This document shows positions 62,601 to 64,000 of a stretch of DNA of 64,000 nt, in pieces. This DNA is from Amoebidium appalachense (lineage: Eukaryota; Protista; Ichthyosporea). Both the position numbers and the translations under genes were made by a program. The stretch is taken from NCBI GenBank assembly GCA_963693365.1, contig CAVNZM010000003.1, forward strand, positions 7,001,312 to 7,065,311. The letters run 5' to 3'. Under the pieces are notes generated by a model. The model saw only the letters and a program-made list of their open reading frames with translations, was not told the DNA's origin and did not search any database. The first letter of the stretch is position 1. The number at the start of each line of letters is the position of its first letter.

Positions 62601-63418
62601 CCCCCCCCCCCAGCTCGGACACACGCCAATCCATCTCCTACTAATTCGCTTGTGTCCTTCTGCTTTCTTTGTTTTCTTTCTTGTTTTTTCATTTTCTTGG
62701 CAGCTGGCTCCGGGGGGCGAGGGGGAGGCTGCTCTCCAATTACTCATGACCTGTCATACACCCAAGGACCATCGGGGTGCTTCCCCCTAACATTCCTCTA
62801 CTAAAAGCTCCTCTTTCAAATATGAACCCCGTCCCCCCCTTTCCTCCCCCCCCCCCCCCCCCCCCCCCCCGCCCTGCCCCCCAACCCCGCCCCGCGCCCG
62901 CCCCCATTCCACCCCACCCCCTCCAAACACAAACACACGCTCCCCACCTCTTGACCCCTCCCTTTCCAGCATTTTTCTTGGCCTGAGCCCTCCCTCTTTC
63001 CACCCGGGTGGAAATAGTCTATCTTTGCACACCCCACTAACCAATTTGTTGCAGCCCATTCAAGGAAATGGTCGTCAGGCCGTAGCATTGTTGCCTCCGG
63101 CGGTATCCCCTCCCCCCTCCTCCCTCCCCCCCCCCCAATAGGTGAATGGATCGAAATTCGGGTACTCTAGACAACATGGCTTGCACCTGATAGGTGATGA
63201 TGTGGTCTGTTTATGTATGCTTTGCAATGGCATTGCGTTGTCCGTCCTTAACGAGTGTGCATTGTACTCTATGACACATTATAAACCCCCCCCCTCAACC
63301 CCCCCTCCCTCCCTCTCCCCCTTCATGGGGGGACACCACCACCACAACTGCCACATGCATGGACGCTCCCACACACGCAGAGACGCACACACTCGCAGGC
63401 AAATACGCACACGCACGC

Positions 63419-63471
<53 letters not shown>

Positions 63472-64000
63472 CCCCAACCACCACCCTCCCATGCTTGCTT
63501 ACAATCACTATCCCCCCCCCCCCCCTCCCCCCCCCCCCCCCCCGCCCTCACACACACACACACACACACACAACGCATACACCCAGGATCCCGTGCCCCC
63601 CCTCGCAAACACCCACACTTGCACCCACCTGTATGCACGGACGTGTGTGAACAAGTGGGAACTCTCTGTGCGAGTATGGCCACCTATCCTTGCATACCCC
63701 ACTCTCATGCATAATGCCATACAATGGAACCTCTTCCCCCATCTGCGCAGGGAAAGGAACGAGGGCGGCGACAAGGGGGGGGGGGGGCGGGGGGGAGGTG
63801 GGGACAGTCGTGGCAGAATGATACTTGTACACTAGTCATCCATTTCTCTCTCACACTCTACCGCTTGCATGGGCTGGCCCTGTGGCTGATGGTGGGCTGC
63901 AGCTGCCTTTGCGGTTGGGGGCTATCTGGGCATGGCGTCTGCCTGCGTGGGCTGTGCAAAGGTCTTCATCAACATGGGTGGGGACTCGCCCATTCTCAGA

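Noticed and set aside
60380-64000. Possible host-gene exons among GT/G/C tracts (e.g. minus strand ~60985-61210)
   Set aside because: Some splice-like signals, but no consistent exon chain or recognisable domain could be built.

Overview
Eukaryotic, repeat-rich window. The LSU rRNA, 5S rRNA and CTAAC branch points look opisthokont. Strong CGC/GCG avoidance suggests an ichthyosporean such as Amoebidium, but that is inference. From left to right: (1) ~1.15-21.1 kb is an endogenous Polinton-like/adintovirus-like dsDNA virus. It carries a truncated minor capsid (penton) gene, an A32-like packaging ATPase, a double-jelly-roll major capsid protein, several ORFans, an NCLDV-type late transcription factor (VLTF3/A2) and a ~1,900-aa protein-primed DNA polymerase B polyprotein (terminal protein/OTU-like/Zn-finger N-terminus, split by one frameshift). 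No integrase or adenain protease is visible. One viral gene is interrupted by a ~3.9-kb composite insert (DIRS/Ngaro-like gag fragment plus the 5' half of a Copia element). (2) A 5S rRNA gene followed by a ~14-unit G-tract/(TG)n satellite. (3) A 5'-truncated LINE. (4) A complete Copia element with LTRs and a GTAAT target-site duplication. (5) A spliced gene encoding Cys-rich Zn/RING-like domains plus a PD-(D/E)xK nuclease, with an array of ~9 conserved hairpins in its predicted upstream intron. (6) A second copy of the first Copia family, lacking its 3' LTR and joined via poly(T) to a 5'-truncated 28S rRNA gene, followed by rDNA spacer repeats and a candidate Pol I start. All protein calls come from motif recognition by eye; no database searches were run.
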